A stretch of 64,000 bases of DNA from Mobula hypostoma. Its lineage: Eukaryota. The stretch covers positions 92,382,001-92,446,000 of the forward strand of contig NC_086108.1 in NCBI RefSeq assembly GCF_963921235.1, read 5' to 3'. The position numbers were made by a program, and so were the translations under genes. Shown here piece after piece: positions 1 to 14,393 of the stretch. The notes under the pieces are model-generated. The model worked only from the letters and a program-made list of their open reading frames with translations, did not search any database and was not told the origin of the DNA. The first letter of the stretch is position 1, and each line of letters starts with the position of its first letter.

Positions 1-954
1 TAGACCAAGAAAGTATACAACAATGGATAGTCCAATTGTATCTGAGCCAATTGCCATGATGCTGAACTTCCATGGAGTACTCTGAAATACTCTCAGGTGG
101 GACATAAAACATACAACATGATTATTTTGAGGACCAATGAAATCATTGAGCTGAAATAATAATTCCCTTCCTCTGTCAGACCCGCTGGGCAGCTTCAGTG
201 CTTTATTTCAGATTTCCAACATCTCCAGTATTTCGGTTCCATCTTGGCTTGGTTATGTTTTTGACTAAGTTGATTTTTTTTCACCATCAGCACAGTTGCA
301 CTCAAGACTACGTGTTCAGCCCTGCTCTACTTGTCTTATACTTATGTTGACTGTCAGACTAAGTCATGTGGGGCTTAGTTTACTTATTAGTTGAAAGCCG
401 CTTCCATCATGCCGGTCATCGAATAGCCCGTTTGAAGGATGCACAGCTCTTTCCCATTGGTTGCCTTATGTGCCACGGCACCGGTGTCTGGTTTCAAGCA
501 CCTCAGGGGTGTAAGAATAGCGCATGCAGGAGGCTCAGACTTTCTCCTTTTGTCTCCAGGGCCTCTTCACACAGCGAGATGATCGCGACCAGTGCTGAAG
601 AACTGTGGGAAAGTATGCTCCAGACTCGCACTCTCAGCTAAGTACCTCCCTGCTGAATGTGTAGTTGTGTAACTTGTGGAGACTTGGATGTTTGGTCGAA
701 TGTTTTACTGTTTATAAATAAGTGATTAATTCATATTCAGTGTCTCTGTCTCACACTCCAACCCCAGCTCCCAAATGAATAGACTCGTATCTGCCTCTCC
801 CGGGCTACACTTTATCATGACCCAAGCCAACTTTTCAATATGTTCTACGAGCTGGAGGAGTGGCTTAACAAAAACCAATTAGAAGTGTGAAGAGAGAAAC
901 ACCTGCCACATGAAACAACAACAGCCAAACCAGAGAACCTGCTTCCACGTTACA

Positions 955-1925
955 CTCCAGCAACATATTTACTTTTGCTGATGACACTACTGTTGGTAGC
1001 CGAAATAAAGATCGTGACAAATTGGTATATAGGAGAGAGATTGAAAATCTGGTTGAATGGTGCCACAACAATACCCTCTCAGTCAACATCACCAACACCA
1101 GAGCTCATTACTTACTACATGAGGAAGAAATCGAGGGGTCTTTTGCCAGTCCTCATTAGGGAATAGGAGATGGAGAGGGTCTGTATCTTGGTATTATCAC
1201 ATCAGAGAGCTGCTCTCGGACCAGCATGTAAGTGCCATTTCGAAGAAGCCAAACTAGCACCTCTACTTCCTTAGAAGTTGGCGCAGATTCAGCGTGTCAT
1301 CTAACATTCTGACAAACTTCGATAGATGCCCAGTGCAGATTCTCTGACTGGCTGCATCACAGCCCAATATGGAAAACACCAATGCCCAAGAATTGAAAAG
1401 CCTACAAAAAGCGGTGGACACAGCCCAGTTCTCCCCACTGTTGAGCACATTTACAAGGAACACTATTACAAGAAAGCAACGTCCGCCATCAAGGAATCAC
1501 ACCAGCCAGGCTTTGCTCTCTTCTTGCTGCTGGCATTGGGAAGAAGGTGTAGGAGCTGTAGGTCCCACGACCACCAGGTCCAGGAACAGTTATTACCATT
1601 ACTTCACCTCCAGGCTCCTGAACCAGCATGGAGAACTTCACTCACCTCAACACTGAACTGATCACTGAACACAACCTGTGGAGTCACTTTCAAGGACTCT
1701 CCAACTCATGTTCTCTATTATTTATTTATTTATTTATTTGCTTTACTATTATTATTATTATTTTGTATTAGCACAACTTGTTTTTTTTGCACATTGGTTG
1801 TTTGTCAGTCTTCGTTTACGGGAAGCTTTTGATTGATTCCATTGTATTTCTTTGTTCTATTGTGAATGCCTGCAAGAAAATGAATTTTAGGGTATTATAT
1901 GGTGACATACTTTGACAATATATTT
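955..1925 (+). mobile_element. Degraded Rex1/Babar-type LINE
   Basis: FADDTT RT motif (about 973-990), LTGCITA, and the family 3' tail GCCTGCAAGAAAATGAAT. Confidence 0.7.
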
Positions 1926-2172
1926 ATTCTGGCCAACATTTACTCCTCAACCAACATCTGTGGAAAGCAGAATAATCTGGCCAGTCTGTAGTATTTGTAG
2001 TGCTCTGCCATGCTTCCTTTGACACAACAATGACGAAACATATTTCTGGTTGTGAAGTGATTCTGGTCCTAAGTGAGTCCCTAATAACTTGCTTCAGCAA
2101 GTCATTGAGTAACACACACACAAAAAGCTGGAGGAATTCAGCAGGCTGGGCAGCACCTATGGGAAAAAAGTA

Positions 2173-2210
2173 CAGTCGACGTTTCGGGCCGAGACCCTTC
2201 GGCAGGACTG
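2173..2210 (-). ncRNA. Hammerhead motif, core variant (CUGCCGA), within a short Penelope-derived element at about 2110-2222
   Basis: CAGUC-CUGCCGA-AGGGUCUCGGCCC-GAAA-CG-UC-GACUG; one substitution in a conserved core position. Confidence 0.65.
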
Positions 2211-2399
2211 GAGAAAAAAAGCTGTCATTGAATTCAGCAGTGACAGTGACCATAGATGTGATACAGTTTTCAAATGAGTTTGGTATTTGTAGGATGTAGG
2301 TATGACTGCCAAGGGAAGGATCCCTTGCATCAGATGAGTTTACTCCCACAGTGTTGTTGGGATGGAATTCCAGAATTTAGACACAGTGAGAATAAAAGG

Positions 2400-2604
2400 T
2401 AAAAGTAGAGTTCCTCCCTGCATCTTGTTTAGCGCATTAGGTGGCAACTTCGCTGTTTGTTTAGCATTTGTCTGTCTTACAAGGCCGGGCTGCTAGCTCG
2501 ACACTCAACCCAGCATGGGTGGAAAGCATTCAAGGAGCCGGTTGGATCTGAAACCAGGATCTCTTGTTCCGAAGTCCGGGTGCAGATACCACTATATCAC
2601 CGGC
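2400..2604 (-). mobile_element. tRNA-derived SINE
   Basis: Minus strand begins GCCGGTGATATAGTGG (A-box-like), followed by GGTTTCAGATCC (B-box-like). Confidence 0.55.
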
Positions 2605-3142
2605 ACAATAAAGGAACAGTCAATCATCCCACAAGAAGTCCATATTGAGAATTATGCTCCACTCAAGCCACTTACCATAAGACATAGGAGCAGAATTAGG
2701 CTATTTGGCCCATTGAGACTGCTCGCCATTCCAGCATGGCTGTTTTTTCCCTCTACATTGAGTGTTTGATGATCTTTTTATTAATGCAGTCTATTGGGTT
2801 TCTTTGTAAGGAGACGAATCTCAAGGTTGTATATAGTATACATACTTTGATAAAAAATGTTCTTCCACTTTAAATGTATTTACCCAATGGGTTGGCCTCC
2901 ACAGCTGTCTGTGGCAAGGAATTCCAGATTTACAATTTTTCTTCATTTAACTCTATAAGCTATTCTTCAATCTTGCAAAAAAAAACTTAATTTAAGAAAC
3001 AGCACCATAAGTGGCTGCAAAAACTGGAATTGGGAACAAAATGTAAAGTGGTGGAAGAACTCAGCAGGTAAAGCAGTATCTGTGGTTGTAAAACATGTTT
3101 AACAGAGTTATTCTAAGTGGAAAGCAAACTCTAAATACATAC

Positions 3143-3740
3143 CATCATCATCATCATTAAGTGCCATGTCATATGACGTAGGCAACCGTGATTGTTCTTG
3201 GCATATTATTCTACAGAAGTGGTTTGCTATTGCCTTCTGGGCAGTGTCTTTACAAGGCAGGATACCCCAGCCATTATCAATACTCTTCAGAGATTGTCTG
3301 TGATTGCTTAATCAGGGCTTGTAATGTGCACCAGCTGCTCATACAACCATTCACCACCCACTCTCATGGCTCTATGTGATCCTGGTCAGGAGGCTAAGCA
3401 GGTGTTACAACTTGCCCAAGGGTGACCAGCAGGCTAGCGGAGGGAAGATGTGCCTTAAACCTCCTTAAACCTCATATGGCAGGTGTTTCTCTCTTCACAC
3501 TTCTAATGCTTCAAGTGTGGTCCGGGAGGGGCAGACATGAGTCTGTCCGTTTGGGACTCAGGATTGGATCAATCATCGTCTGGCATCTCATCCACAGCCG
3601 TTCTGTCATGGGTGGCCCTGAGCTGGCATCGCTTGATGGAGCCCTCGAAGCACGCAAGCATCCGCACGATGTCAACATGTTGATCCAGGTGGTGGAGGAC
3701 CTCCTTTGGTAGAGAAGTATCTCCACACCACCACCCCACT
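3143..3740 (-). mobile_element. RTE-related SINE with (TGA)n tail, split by a 232-bp insert
   Basis: GAAGTGGTTTGCTATTGCCTTCT RTE-type 3' motif on the plus strand and (CAT)n at 3143-3157. Confidence 0.55.
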
Positions 3741-6544
3741 GAATACACAATCACTTGATTGCGTTCTGACTATGCTGGAAAACAGCATCACAGGAAAATC
3801 CACATCACATAAGTCTTGAGTGAACTAGTGAAAAAAAGGTTTGTGAATTCCGGTTTTCTTTACAAAACTTGCCAGATCTGTCCTGAGTTCAACATAAAGC
3901 TATAAAATATGCATAAAAGTTGTCGAGCAGCGTTTGTCGGTGCAAGAAGGAGCCATTTCAAAATACTAAAGCCAGTGAGAGAACGAAAACATCTTTCCAA
4001 AAGGTAAATGCAAAGATATTAAACTCTTCATTTTATTCTCAAAGGTGCAGTTGGAATTTACATTGCTTATATGAAAGTCATTCAGACTTGTAGAATTACA
4101 GAGATCACATATAAAGACTTTACCAAACACATTGTCATTCCTACAAATAAACCACAGATTCTGCAAGGAGGACTCGTTTTTAATAATAGAATGATGCATG
4201 GAAAATATAGACAAAAAGACATCTAACTACTTATCTGTGAGTGGGAATTTTCCAAGGTGATAAATTGACTAAACTTCCTGTAGAAGGTTTTAACACACAT
4301 TAGATCTGTTGCCAAAAAATTTAATGAAACCTGCTGTAAAGACAGAGTAAAGTCTGGAAAAATGTACCTCCCTCCATAAATTGTATGTGCGACCTCCTAA
4401 CATTATCTAAAAGTTATCAAATCTGCACCCAGAAGTCGACGTGCAGAATATAACTGTATGTAGTTTGAAGACTGCATGAATCACAAGCAGAAAACAACAA
4501 TCAGGATTTTGTTCATATTCAATGCCTTGGACATTAGACTCTATGACGGGTCAACCTATAGCTGGGGAAGTGATGTCACCCTCCTGTTAGACTGTTTAAG
4601 CTTACTTAGTTTTTATTCTTTCTTTCTTCTCTAATATTTGTATATCTGTGCACTTGTAATGCTACCGTGACACTGTAATTTCCTTTGGGATCAATAATCT
4701 ATCTGAGTACAATAACATCCTCAGATTAAAGGTACGTCTGTTTAGAACGGAGATGAGGAGGAATTTCTTTAGCCAGAGGGTGATGAATCTGTAGAATTCA
4801 ATGCTATGGATGGCTGTGAAGGTCAAGTCATTGTGTATATTTAAAGCAGAGGTTGATAGATTCTTGGTTAGTCAGGGCATCAAAGGTTACAGGGAGAAGG
4901 CAGGAGGATGGCTTTGAGAGGGATAATAAGTCAGCCATGATGGAACAGCGGAGCAAACTCAATGGACCAAATAGCCTAATTCTGCTCCCGTGGAGACACT
5001 TGGAAAAAAAACAGCTTAGCAAACCATGCAAGTTGACAAAGTCAGTGCATTGAGCCAACTCTTGGAATTGTTTCAGTCCCAGAGCCACATCAGGAAAGTT
5101 CCTATTGTGGACCTGGGAATTTTTCTGAGAGGTGTTCCATTTATCATCACTCATTGAGTAGACTGACACCATGATTTTGGTGGGTGGACACAAGAAGAAC
5201 ACTTGTGCCTTGAATTTTCATTTAGGAATTGCAGCATTAATTAGGGAATGATAAATGCACATAAAAAATGTTGCATAACTTGGCGACAACAGTTTTTCCA
5301 CGGTGTTTACTTAAACTTCTTGTCAGTGCAAGTTGTAGGGCTGGGATGTGCTCTGAATATAATCTCAACAAATTAATAATACCGTAGTTCATCCTGTAAC
5401 GAGTCCTTGCTGCAGGAAGTCTGTTAGCAATGGAAGGGCTGAATGTTGATATCAGACTCGGCATCAAGTTTACTATCAGTGACTTACAGTACATTGTGAA
5501 ACGTGTTGCTTTGCGGCAGAGGAGCAATGCAATACATAAAAAACTGTTCCTGCAAAGATGAGTGCGTGTCTTCCGGCTGCTGATGGTAGCAATGAGAAGA
5601 GGGCATGTCCAGGGTGGGGAGGACCCTTAATGATGGATGTCGCCTTGCCGAGGCATTGCCTATTGATGGTAGAGAGGCTGATGTCTACGATAGAGCTGGC
5701 TGCGTTTAAACCCTCTGCACCTTTTTTCTGATCCTATGCATTTGCATCTCCATATCAGACAGTGATGCAAACAGTCTGTGGTACATCCGCATAAATTTGC
5801 TAAAGTCTCTGATGACACACCAAATCTCTTCAAACTCTTAATGAAATATAGCGACTGGTGTATCTTCCTTGCACCAGTAGCAGTCACTACAATCAAATAG
5901 CCTGATGTGTACTGAATGGGGGCCACATAAATAAATGACCCAAAAATAATTTTAAAAGACAACTTCAGTAAGGCTACTGTACCCAGCACAATTCAGCCAG
6001 AGAAAAAGAACTGTGGGTAGAGATTCAAGACAGCTGCCGCTTCACCACTTTCCATTGCAGTTGAGAAATGGACATAAAATGAAGGGGAAAAAGCAGTAGG
6101 ATCAGGAAGGAGAGTAGAATAGACATCAGCACGTAGACTCTCAAGAGTGCTGGGGCAGCAGCCAGGGGTAATTGTGATCAGGTTGCACTTTGCTCATAAA
6201 GAGAAATATAGATAATTTGAAAATAAAATATAGTTGCCCACAGGTGCCAACGCCTTTGATGAGAAGAATGGAGACGAATGAAGGACACAGCAGATAATTG
6301 GTCCTGCTGATTCCCAGAGAACAATCTGTGGATAATGTTACAATTGACATTGGTGATACTAGGCAAACACACAAAACTGCAGATACTGGAATCGAGAGCA
6401 AAAACAAAGTGCAGGCAGAACTTAGAACGTTACAGCACAGTACAGGCCTTTCAGCCCATGACTTTTAACGTACTCAAAGTTCAATCTAACCCTCCCCTCC
6501 CACATAATCCTCAATTTTTCTTTCATCCATGTGCCTATCTTTTA

Positions 6545-7460
6545 AGACAAGTCAAGTTTATTGTCCTTTAACTATATACATGTACACTGTCAAATAAGGC
6601 AATGTTTCTCCCGACCAGGGTGTGTTATATATAACACACATATAACACAAAATAACTTAGGAAAGTAAGAATTTAAAAAACTACAAATGAATTACTCACA
6701 AATAAACAAAGTAAAGTGCATATAACACACATATAACACAAAATAACTTAGGAAAGTAAGAATTTAAAAAACTACAAATGAATTACTCACAAATAAACAA
6801 AGTAAAGTGCATAAATTACAGTAAATATTGTAAGGTACAGTGACACCTCAAATGCGATGCAGCAGGGAGTTCAGAAGCCTAATGGCCTGAGGGAAGAAGC
6901 TGTTTTTCATCCCGGCTTTTCTTGTTCTTATGCATCAAAATCTCCTGCCTGATGGTAGAAAGTTGAAGAGGATGTTGGATGGATGGGTGTCCAGCGCTCC
7001 TGATAAATGTCTCCAATGGATGGTAGGGAGGCTCCTCTCAGCCATTCTCACAGTCCATTGTGGGGACTTCCAGTTTCAATGCTCGCCTGCTCCCATACCA
7101 GATGGAGATGTAGCTTGTCAGGACACTCTCAATGGTGCTCCTGTAAAATTCAGTTAAGATGGGGATGGGGGAGCCTCATGCCTCAAACTCCATAGGGAGT
7201 TGAAGCATTGCTATGCCTTCTTATTTAGGGAGGTGATATTGAGGGACTAGGTGAGGTCATCTCAGGTGATAGGAACTCGCAAGAACTTTGTGCACTTAAC
7301 TCTTTCCACAGAGGAACCATGTATGTGCAGAGGGGGATAGTTCATCTGTACCTTCCGAAGGTCCACAGTGATTTTCTTGGTCTTCTCCACATTCAGACTT
7401 AGGTTGTTGTTCTCATACCAGTCCATTGGCCACTCGACCTCATTATTGTCGATGAGGTGA
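6545..7460 (-). mobile_element. Degraded Rex1/Babar-type LINE
   Basis: WYENNNLSLNVEKTKKITVDLRK...VERVKCTKFL; (CTTGA/T)-type tail at about 6545. Confidence 0.7.
6630..6811. repeat. Perfect 91-bp tandem duplication
   Basis: 6630-6720 is identical to 6721-6811. Confidence 0.95.
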
Positions 7461-7795
7461 ACCACTGTTGTGTTCCTAAAGTATCTGCCTCTACTAAGAA
7501 CGGGAGAAAATCTGCAGATACTGGATATCTGAGCAACACACACAAAATGCTGGACGAACTCAGAAGGCCAGGGAGCATTGATGGAAAAAATTACGGTCGA
7601 TGTTTCAGGTTGAGACACTTCCGGCATTTTGTGTTTGTTGCCTCTACTACGACTCCCAGCAATGTGTAATCCAGGCAGCATCCCTGTAAGTCTCCTCTGC
7701 ACCCCCTCAGAACTCAGCCGCTTGAGCAACATCTGTAGAATAAAGGAATGGTCAACATTTCTGGTTGGGATGCTGCATCAGGATTGAGAGTGTAG

Positions 7796-8396
7796 CCTGA
7801 AACCCTCACAAATTTTTATAGATGCACCATAGAAAGCATTCTTCTAGGGTGCATCACAACCTGGTATGGAAGTTGTCCCGTCCAAGACTGAAAGAAGCTG
7901 CAGAAGATCGTGAACACGGCGCAGCACATCACAGAAACCAATCTTCCGTCCGTGGACTCACTTTACACCGCACGCTGTCGGAGAAGTGCTGCCAGGATAA
8001 TCAAGGACACGACCCACCCAGCCAACAGACTTTTTGTCCCTCTTCTCTCCGGGAGAAGGCTCAGGAGCTTGAAGACTCGTACGGCCAGATTTGGGAACAG
8101 CTTCTTTCCAACTGTGATAAGACTGCCGAACGGATCCTGACCCGGATCTGGGCCGTACCCTCCAAATATCCGGACCTGCCTCCCGGTTTTTTTGCACTAC
8201 CTTACTTCCCATTTTTCTATTTTCTATTTATGATTTATAATTTAAATTTTTAATATTTACTAATTTTAACTATCTTTAATATTTAATATTTGTAATCCAG
8301 GGAGTGTGAAGCGCAGATTCAAATATCGCTGTGATGATTGTACGTTCTAGTACTAATTGTTTGGCGACAATAATGTATAAAGTATAAAGTATAAAG
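7796..8396 (+). mobile_element. Young Rex1/Babar-type LINE 3' fragment with (AAGTATA)n tail
   Basis: FYRCTIESILLGCITTWYG...RFGNSFFPTVIRL; nearly identical to 12987-13339 and 14394-14965. Confidence 0.85.
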
Positions 8397-10409
8397 ATGA
8401 TATACAGGGGAGGGGCTGGGGCTGTGGTTAGGGTCGGGGTCAGGGTCGGAGTTGGACACCACTGCTGCATCCAACTGTTGTAACGTATAGTTATGTAAGT
8501 TACTGTCAGCTTGAAATGACAGGTCTGGCCATGCTCTTCAGATTAGCAGTTTCTCAGATACTCTAACCACACTGTTAGAATCAACAAACATTCTTAAATT
8601 CAATCATGGTTAAATTCATCTAGATCACATTTATTCCCCATTCTGATGTTTGTTCTGATCATCAACTGAACCTCTTGACCATGTCTGTATGCTCTTATCC
8701 ATTGAGATTTTGCACATGATTGGCTAATTAGATATTTGTATTAAGAAGCAGGTGTGGAGGTGTACCTAATAAAGTGACTACTGGATGTATATTATTTTTC
8801 CTCAGAAAAACAAATTTCTTCCCTATAGGTTTGCTTTTCTTTAATGTTCCTCCAACATTTTGTGTGTGTTACTCTGGAGTTCCAGCACTTGCAGAATCTC
8901 TCGGGTGTAAGTTTAAACCTCTGTCTTCAAGGCACCATACCATCCACTACACACAGTAGGTGCTTTTGCCAATAAGTGGTGTGCAGTTTGGGGGGATGGA
9001 AAAGGATTTGTGATGCTGTGACTATTATTGCATTACCTTCAGGGTTAAGACAAGTTCACAGGATCTGTAATAAAAATCGAGCCGCTGGATGTAGTCAGTG
9101 GATCAGGGAGCGTCTTTGAAGGGAAATGGACAAGTCAGATTTACAGGTTAAGACCCTTCATCTGGAGCGATAGAGTAGACTGGGGAGACAGCCAGTATAA
9201 CGAGGTGAAGGAGAAACGTGGCAAATGATAGGTAAATTCACATGAGGATGGTTTGAATGGCAGATGAAGTCAGGCGGGGGAGGGAAGGGTGATATCAATC
9301 AATGTTATAGACTTGGGAAGGAATAGGGTCTCTAGCTATGTCCAGGCATAAAGGTTGGTATAACTATTTCCTATGCAATCAAATTTTACTCAATCTGTTA
9401 AAGATCTTTAAGCATGAGAAATAAAGCTGGTCTGGTATTGACACTGTTGTAATCTGTGAAGGAAGAGAAATATAAAATAGTGTAAGGAACAGAGAAAAGT
9501 GAAACAAACTATAAAATTATTACTAGCTCACTTTATGTTTCAGCAATCAGAAGACCTGAATTTACACAAAACACTGCTATATTGCTGGGATAACACACAT
9601 GCTAAACTTAAAAGATAATTCAAAGATTCTCATTTGATGTAGCTGACCACGGTGTTGACCAGTCATTCAGATTGCCTACACTAAAAATGAAATTACATCC
9701 TCTTAAAGCTGTCAGAATTTTATTCAATACATTTTGTTTCATATTTATTGTTGGAATAGTATACCTGTTTGCAAAATGGTATCATTTGTATTATAATTAA
9801 TGTTTGTTTATACCATAACAAATCACACGTGTGAAGCAAGGCAAAGTAAACACTTCACTTGAGTGTGATGCTAAATCATGTTGGGCTTTACATGGTTGTT
9901 TGCATTTGTCTGGGACCACAACATCTCCAGTGTTATCACCTGGACTGCATATCCAAGAGGCCACTGAAAAGTCTCCACTTTGCCCCTCATGAAGAACTCA
10001 GAACCAGAGAAGGAATCACCTCTCTCAAATTAAGGTTGTGTGAACCTCCATAGAGATAAACAACATCAAAACCGGCCATTCACCCATGTCCATGCTGACC
10101 CATTGGCATCCATTGTTGTTCTTCCCACCTTTCAGTGCTTGGTCCATAGCCTTCTATGCCCGGGGAAGTCAAGTGCAAGTCTAGAGAAATGCTGTCAGAG
10201 ACCCTGCTTCCACTACTCTCTACAGGCATTAAGTCCTCGCCACTCTCTGGGTGGAAAAGGTCCTCACAGATTTCCCCCTAAATCTCATATCTCTTACCTA
10301 AATTTCTGTCCTCTTGTTTTATTCACCTTAGATACAGGGATTTTTTTTTTCCAGCAGTCTATACTTTCTAACTAAGCCCTGGTAATTTTCTATCCCTCAA
10401 TCATGTCTC

Positions 10410-11240
10410 CTGAAAGGCAGGCAGAGATGGGCCAGCTTACTGGAATGAGGTAGGAGAACTGGTTAAGAGGGGCCACAGCAACAACCTCATATGCAACACC
10501 AGCAAAGCTAAAGACTTTAGAAAGGAGTGTACACTGGGGGGATTGGCAGTGAAGGGAGTCAGCAGCTTTAAATTCCTGGTCGTTAACGTATCGGATGACC
10601 TGTCTTGGGCCTAGCAGACAGATGTGATCGTGAGGAAAGTACGCTAGCATCTTTAGTTTCTTAAGAGGCTAAAGAGGTTTGGCTTTCACTGAACAGTCTA
10701 ACAAACTTCTATAGATGCACTATTGAAAGTATCCTGACTCGTTGCATCGTGGTCTGGTACAGTAATTCAAATGCGCACAACGTAAGAAGCTGCAGACAGT
10801 AGTGGGCTCTGCCCGGTACATCACAGCCACAACCTCACCACCATTGGTAGTCTCTACAGGAGGTACTACCTCAATAAGGCAACATCTATCATTGAAGTTC
10901 CCCACCATCTGCATTTCGTCATCTTTTCACAGCTGGAGATGGAGGAAGTACAGAAGCCTGGAGGTCCCATGCCACCACCTGCTGAGTTCCTCCAGCATTT
11001 TGTGTGTGTGTTGTTGAAGAGCAACTGCTTCCCCACAACCGTTCAGTTCTTGAACAAACCCAAACCACTGCAGTTTAGCAACACTATGATCACTTTGCAC
11101 TAAAGTTTACCTTCTTGTGTTCTCTTTTGCAAACATTGTGTAAAATTTATGTTTATGTTTTATTATGATTACTGCTACATGCCTGCAATTCACTGCATCT
11201 AGAATACATCCAATTGTGCACATGACAATAAACCCGACTA
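10410..11240 (+). mobile_element. Degraded Rex1/Babar-type LINE
   Basis: FKFL, FYRCTIESILT.CI..WY and RKKLQTVV remnants; AATAAA tail. Confidence 0.65.
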
Positions 11241-11639
11241 TACCATGTCTTTATCTCCTCCGCCCCACGGAGAAAAGACCTCGTCTCTCCAGTCTCTTTA
11301 TTGACTCTGTTTCTCCTTCCACAGATTCTGCCTGACTATGGAATATTTGCAGCATTTTTTGTTATTTTTAAGGTTTCCCCTGCCCTGAATATTGAGCGAA
11401 AAATGGATACAGTGAACTGTTTCATCTCTTAAGTTGTTACAATGTACTTGTGATACATGTAATGCATTCTTAAAGGTGTCACTTGAGGGGTCTATGGCAT
11501 GGTACAATTCTCCTCCCTTAAAACCTTTGAATGCAATAACATTTTTAATGTGTGGTTGAGCTTATTTAACATAGAGTGTAAATTCTTCATTCCATTGGCT
11601 CCATTCTATTGCCTGGAAGTCCAACGACACAGATAACCA

Positions 11640-12210
11640 TCTTTGTGTAGTTAGGGACTGAGTTCAAGAGCCATGAGGTTATGTTGTAGCTCCATAAAAC
11701 TCTGGTTAGACCACTCATGGTCACCTCGATATAGGAAGGATGTGGAAGTTTATGAGAGGGTGCAGACAAGATTTACCAGGATGCTGCCTGGATTAGGGAG
11801 CATGACTTATGAGGAAAGTTTGAGTGAGCTAGGGCTTTTCTCTTTGAAGTGAAGGAGGATGAGAGACAGCTTGATAGGGGTGTACAAAATAATAAGAGGC
11901 ATAGATAGAGAGGCAAGCCAGCAGCTTTTATCCAGGGCTGCATTGGTCAATTCCTGAGAATTAAGGTGAGTGGAGGAACATTTAGGGGAGATATCAGAGG
12001 TAGATTTTTTACACAGAGAGGGGAATGTGCCTGGAAAGCAACGCTGGGTGTAGCGGTAGGAGCTGATACAGTAGGGACATTGAAGGAACTCTTAGATAGG
12101 GACACATAATAAAAATGGAGGGTAGGAAGGTAGGGTTAGATTGATGGTGGACTAGGTTTATATGGTTGTCACAACATTGATGGCCCATATTGTGCTGTAC
12201 TGTTCTATGT
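11640..12210 (+). mobile_element. CR1 LINE 3' fragment
   Basis: LVRP, RFTRMLPGL and LSELGLFSL remnants; CTGTTCTATG tail. Confidence 0.75.
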
Positions 12211-12986
12211 TCCAATACAATTTCAATCAAATCATGCAGCTTAACATCTGTCACTACACGTCCATGAGTTACCTCAATTGGGAGAGACTAGGCCCAACAT
12301 CTGACAACTAAATTCAGATTTATCATCTAAATTTTATAGTTACATCAATCAGCATTTCTGACACCATGTTTCAGGATCCTTTCTTATTCACTCGTGTTAA
12401 CTCTGTAGAATTTGCTGGTCTAGAGGATTGTCATGGCTAAATTGTTGGAGTTATTTGAAAAGAAGCTAAGTCCAGGAGCAGATCAGCCAAGATCATAGCG
12501 AATGTTAGAACCAGGTGGCCTGCTTTCAGATGGTTAGTGACTTAAACTTACAAACAAAAGCACTTAATTTATTTAAGTAACTAAACAAAGTAAATAATTT
12601 GTGACCAACTTAAGTAGTGTGATGCAGCATTTCTTGCAATGGTGTTCTCTACAGACGAGGACTACCAAGACTGGCAAGTTCTACACCAAAACAATACAGC
12701 AACTAGCAATCTCAGCCACCATTTCTTAAAACAATACTTTTCTGACAGCATCTCCCAAACCCACAAACTCCACCATTAAAAAAGAGTTGGTAGGTTAATT
12801 GGTCATTGTAAATTGTCCCATGATTAAACTAAGATTAAATCAGGGGTTGCTGGGCAGTGTGGTCGAAGGGCAGGAAGAGCCTATTCCATGCTGTATCTTA
12901 ATAAATAAACGAACAAACAAACAACCCTGGTTAGACCACACTGGGAACAATGTGTTCAGTTCTGGTCACCTCATTACAGGAAGGAT

Positions 12987-13339
12987 TTTTTTTTCGTCCC
13001 TCTTCCCTCCGGGAGAAGGTTCAGGAGCTTGAAGACTCGTACAGCCAGATTTGGGAACAGCTTCTTTCCAACTGTGATAAGACTGCTGAATGGATCCTGA
13101 CCCTGATCTGGGCCGTACCCTCCAAATATCCGGACCTGCCTCCCGGTTCTTTTGCACTACCTTACTTCCCATTTTTCTATTTTCTATTTATGATATATAA
13201 TTTAAATTTTTAATATTTACTAATTTTAACTATTTTTAATATTTAATATTTGTAATCCAGGGAGTGTGAAGCACAGAATCAAATATCACTGTGATGATTG
13301 TATGTTCTAGTACCAATTGTTTGGCAACAATAAAGTATA
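12987..13339 (+). mobile_element. Same LINE family, 3' fragment inserted into a CR1; TSD AAGGAT
   Basis: AAGGAT at 12981-12986 and 13340-13345; the CR1 sequence reads continuously across the insert. Confidence 0.8.
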
Positions 13340-14393
13340 AAGGATATGGAAGCTTTAGAGAGGAGATTTACCGGGATGCTGCCTGGACAAGAGAGCATGC
13401 CTTACGAGGATAGGATGAGTGAGCTAAGGCTTTTCTCTTTGAAGTGAAGGTGAAAGAGAGGTGACTTGACAGAGGCATACAACATGACGAGGAAAATATA
13501 TAACGGATAGCATGAAGCTTTTTTCCCCAGAGTGGATATGGCTAATACAAGGGGGCATAATTTTAAAGTGATTGGAGGAACATTTAGGGGCCAAGTCAGA
13601 GGTAAGTTCTTCTCTATGGAAAAGAGTCGACAAAATGCTGTGTGTTCCTTGGATTTCCAGCATCTGCAGATCTTCTCTCGTTTGTGAGGAGAAACGGGGT
13701 GGCTTGGGAATGGCGGAAGGCAGGATAGAATCAGAATCACTAGCCATCACTTGCTGGCCCTTGTTCCGCCCATTCACCCCACATCTCCACACTGACCATC
13801 TCCTCTCTACCTTACATTCAAGATAAAGGGCCTCAACCTGAAATGTTGACCATCCTTTTCCCTCCACAGATGCTGCCTTACCTTCTGACCTCCAGCTAAT
13901 CGCTCCATATTCCAGCATTTGCAGCGTCGCGTGTCTCTACAAGACAGTGTATCCCTGGTTTTATTTGCAACTACTACTTTTCCTCTGTCCATCTACCGAA
14001 GTTATAGGCCTCCACAATGATGGCTACAATGCAAAGCTGCTTCAACACATTCTATGCACATTAGCACCACAACATTATCTTGCAAGCTCTAAGCATAACC
14101 TTGTTTCAGCATATTCATTGCAATTAATATTATTTTTGGTTTGACTGATCACCATGCTTAGCTTCGCTGCCTTATACCATGTTAATAGTTACTGTTGTAG
14201 TTGGTATAACAATCATTACAACACTGATCTATGATCTACACTGATGTAGATGACACTGACTTTGTCAAGGCTGTGGCTCAGATTTAGTTGTTTTTTTAGG
14301 TTTGTGGGTATAGTTTTGGGTTCAGGGAGGGAGGTTAGGGGACAGCGTAGAGTTTAGGTACGGGGATATGGGGGAGTTAGAGCTCAGTGGAGG

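Noticed and set aside
3966..4214. 82-aa minus-strand ORF in unique sequence
   Set aside because: No family resemblance and no clear donor site.
7822..8253. Repeated MHHRKHSSRVHHNLVWKLS ORFs (also 14427-14837) as a gene family
   Set aside because: These are alternative frames of LINE 3' fragments.
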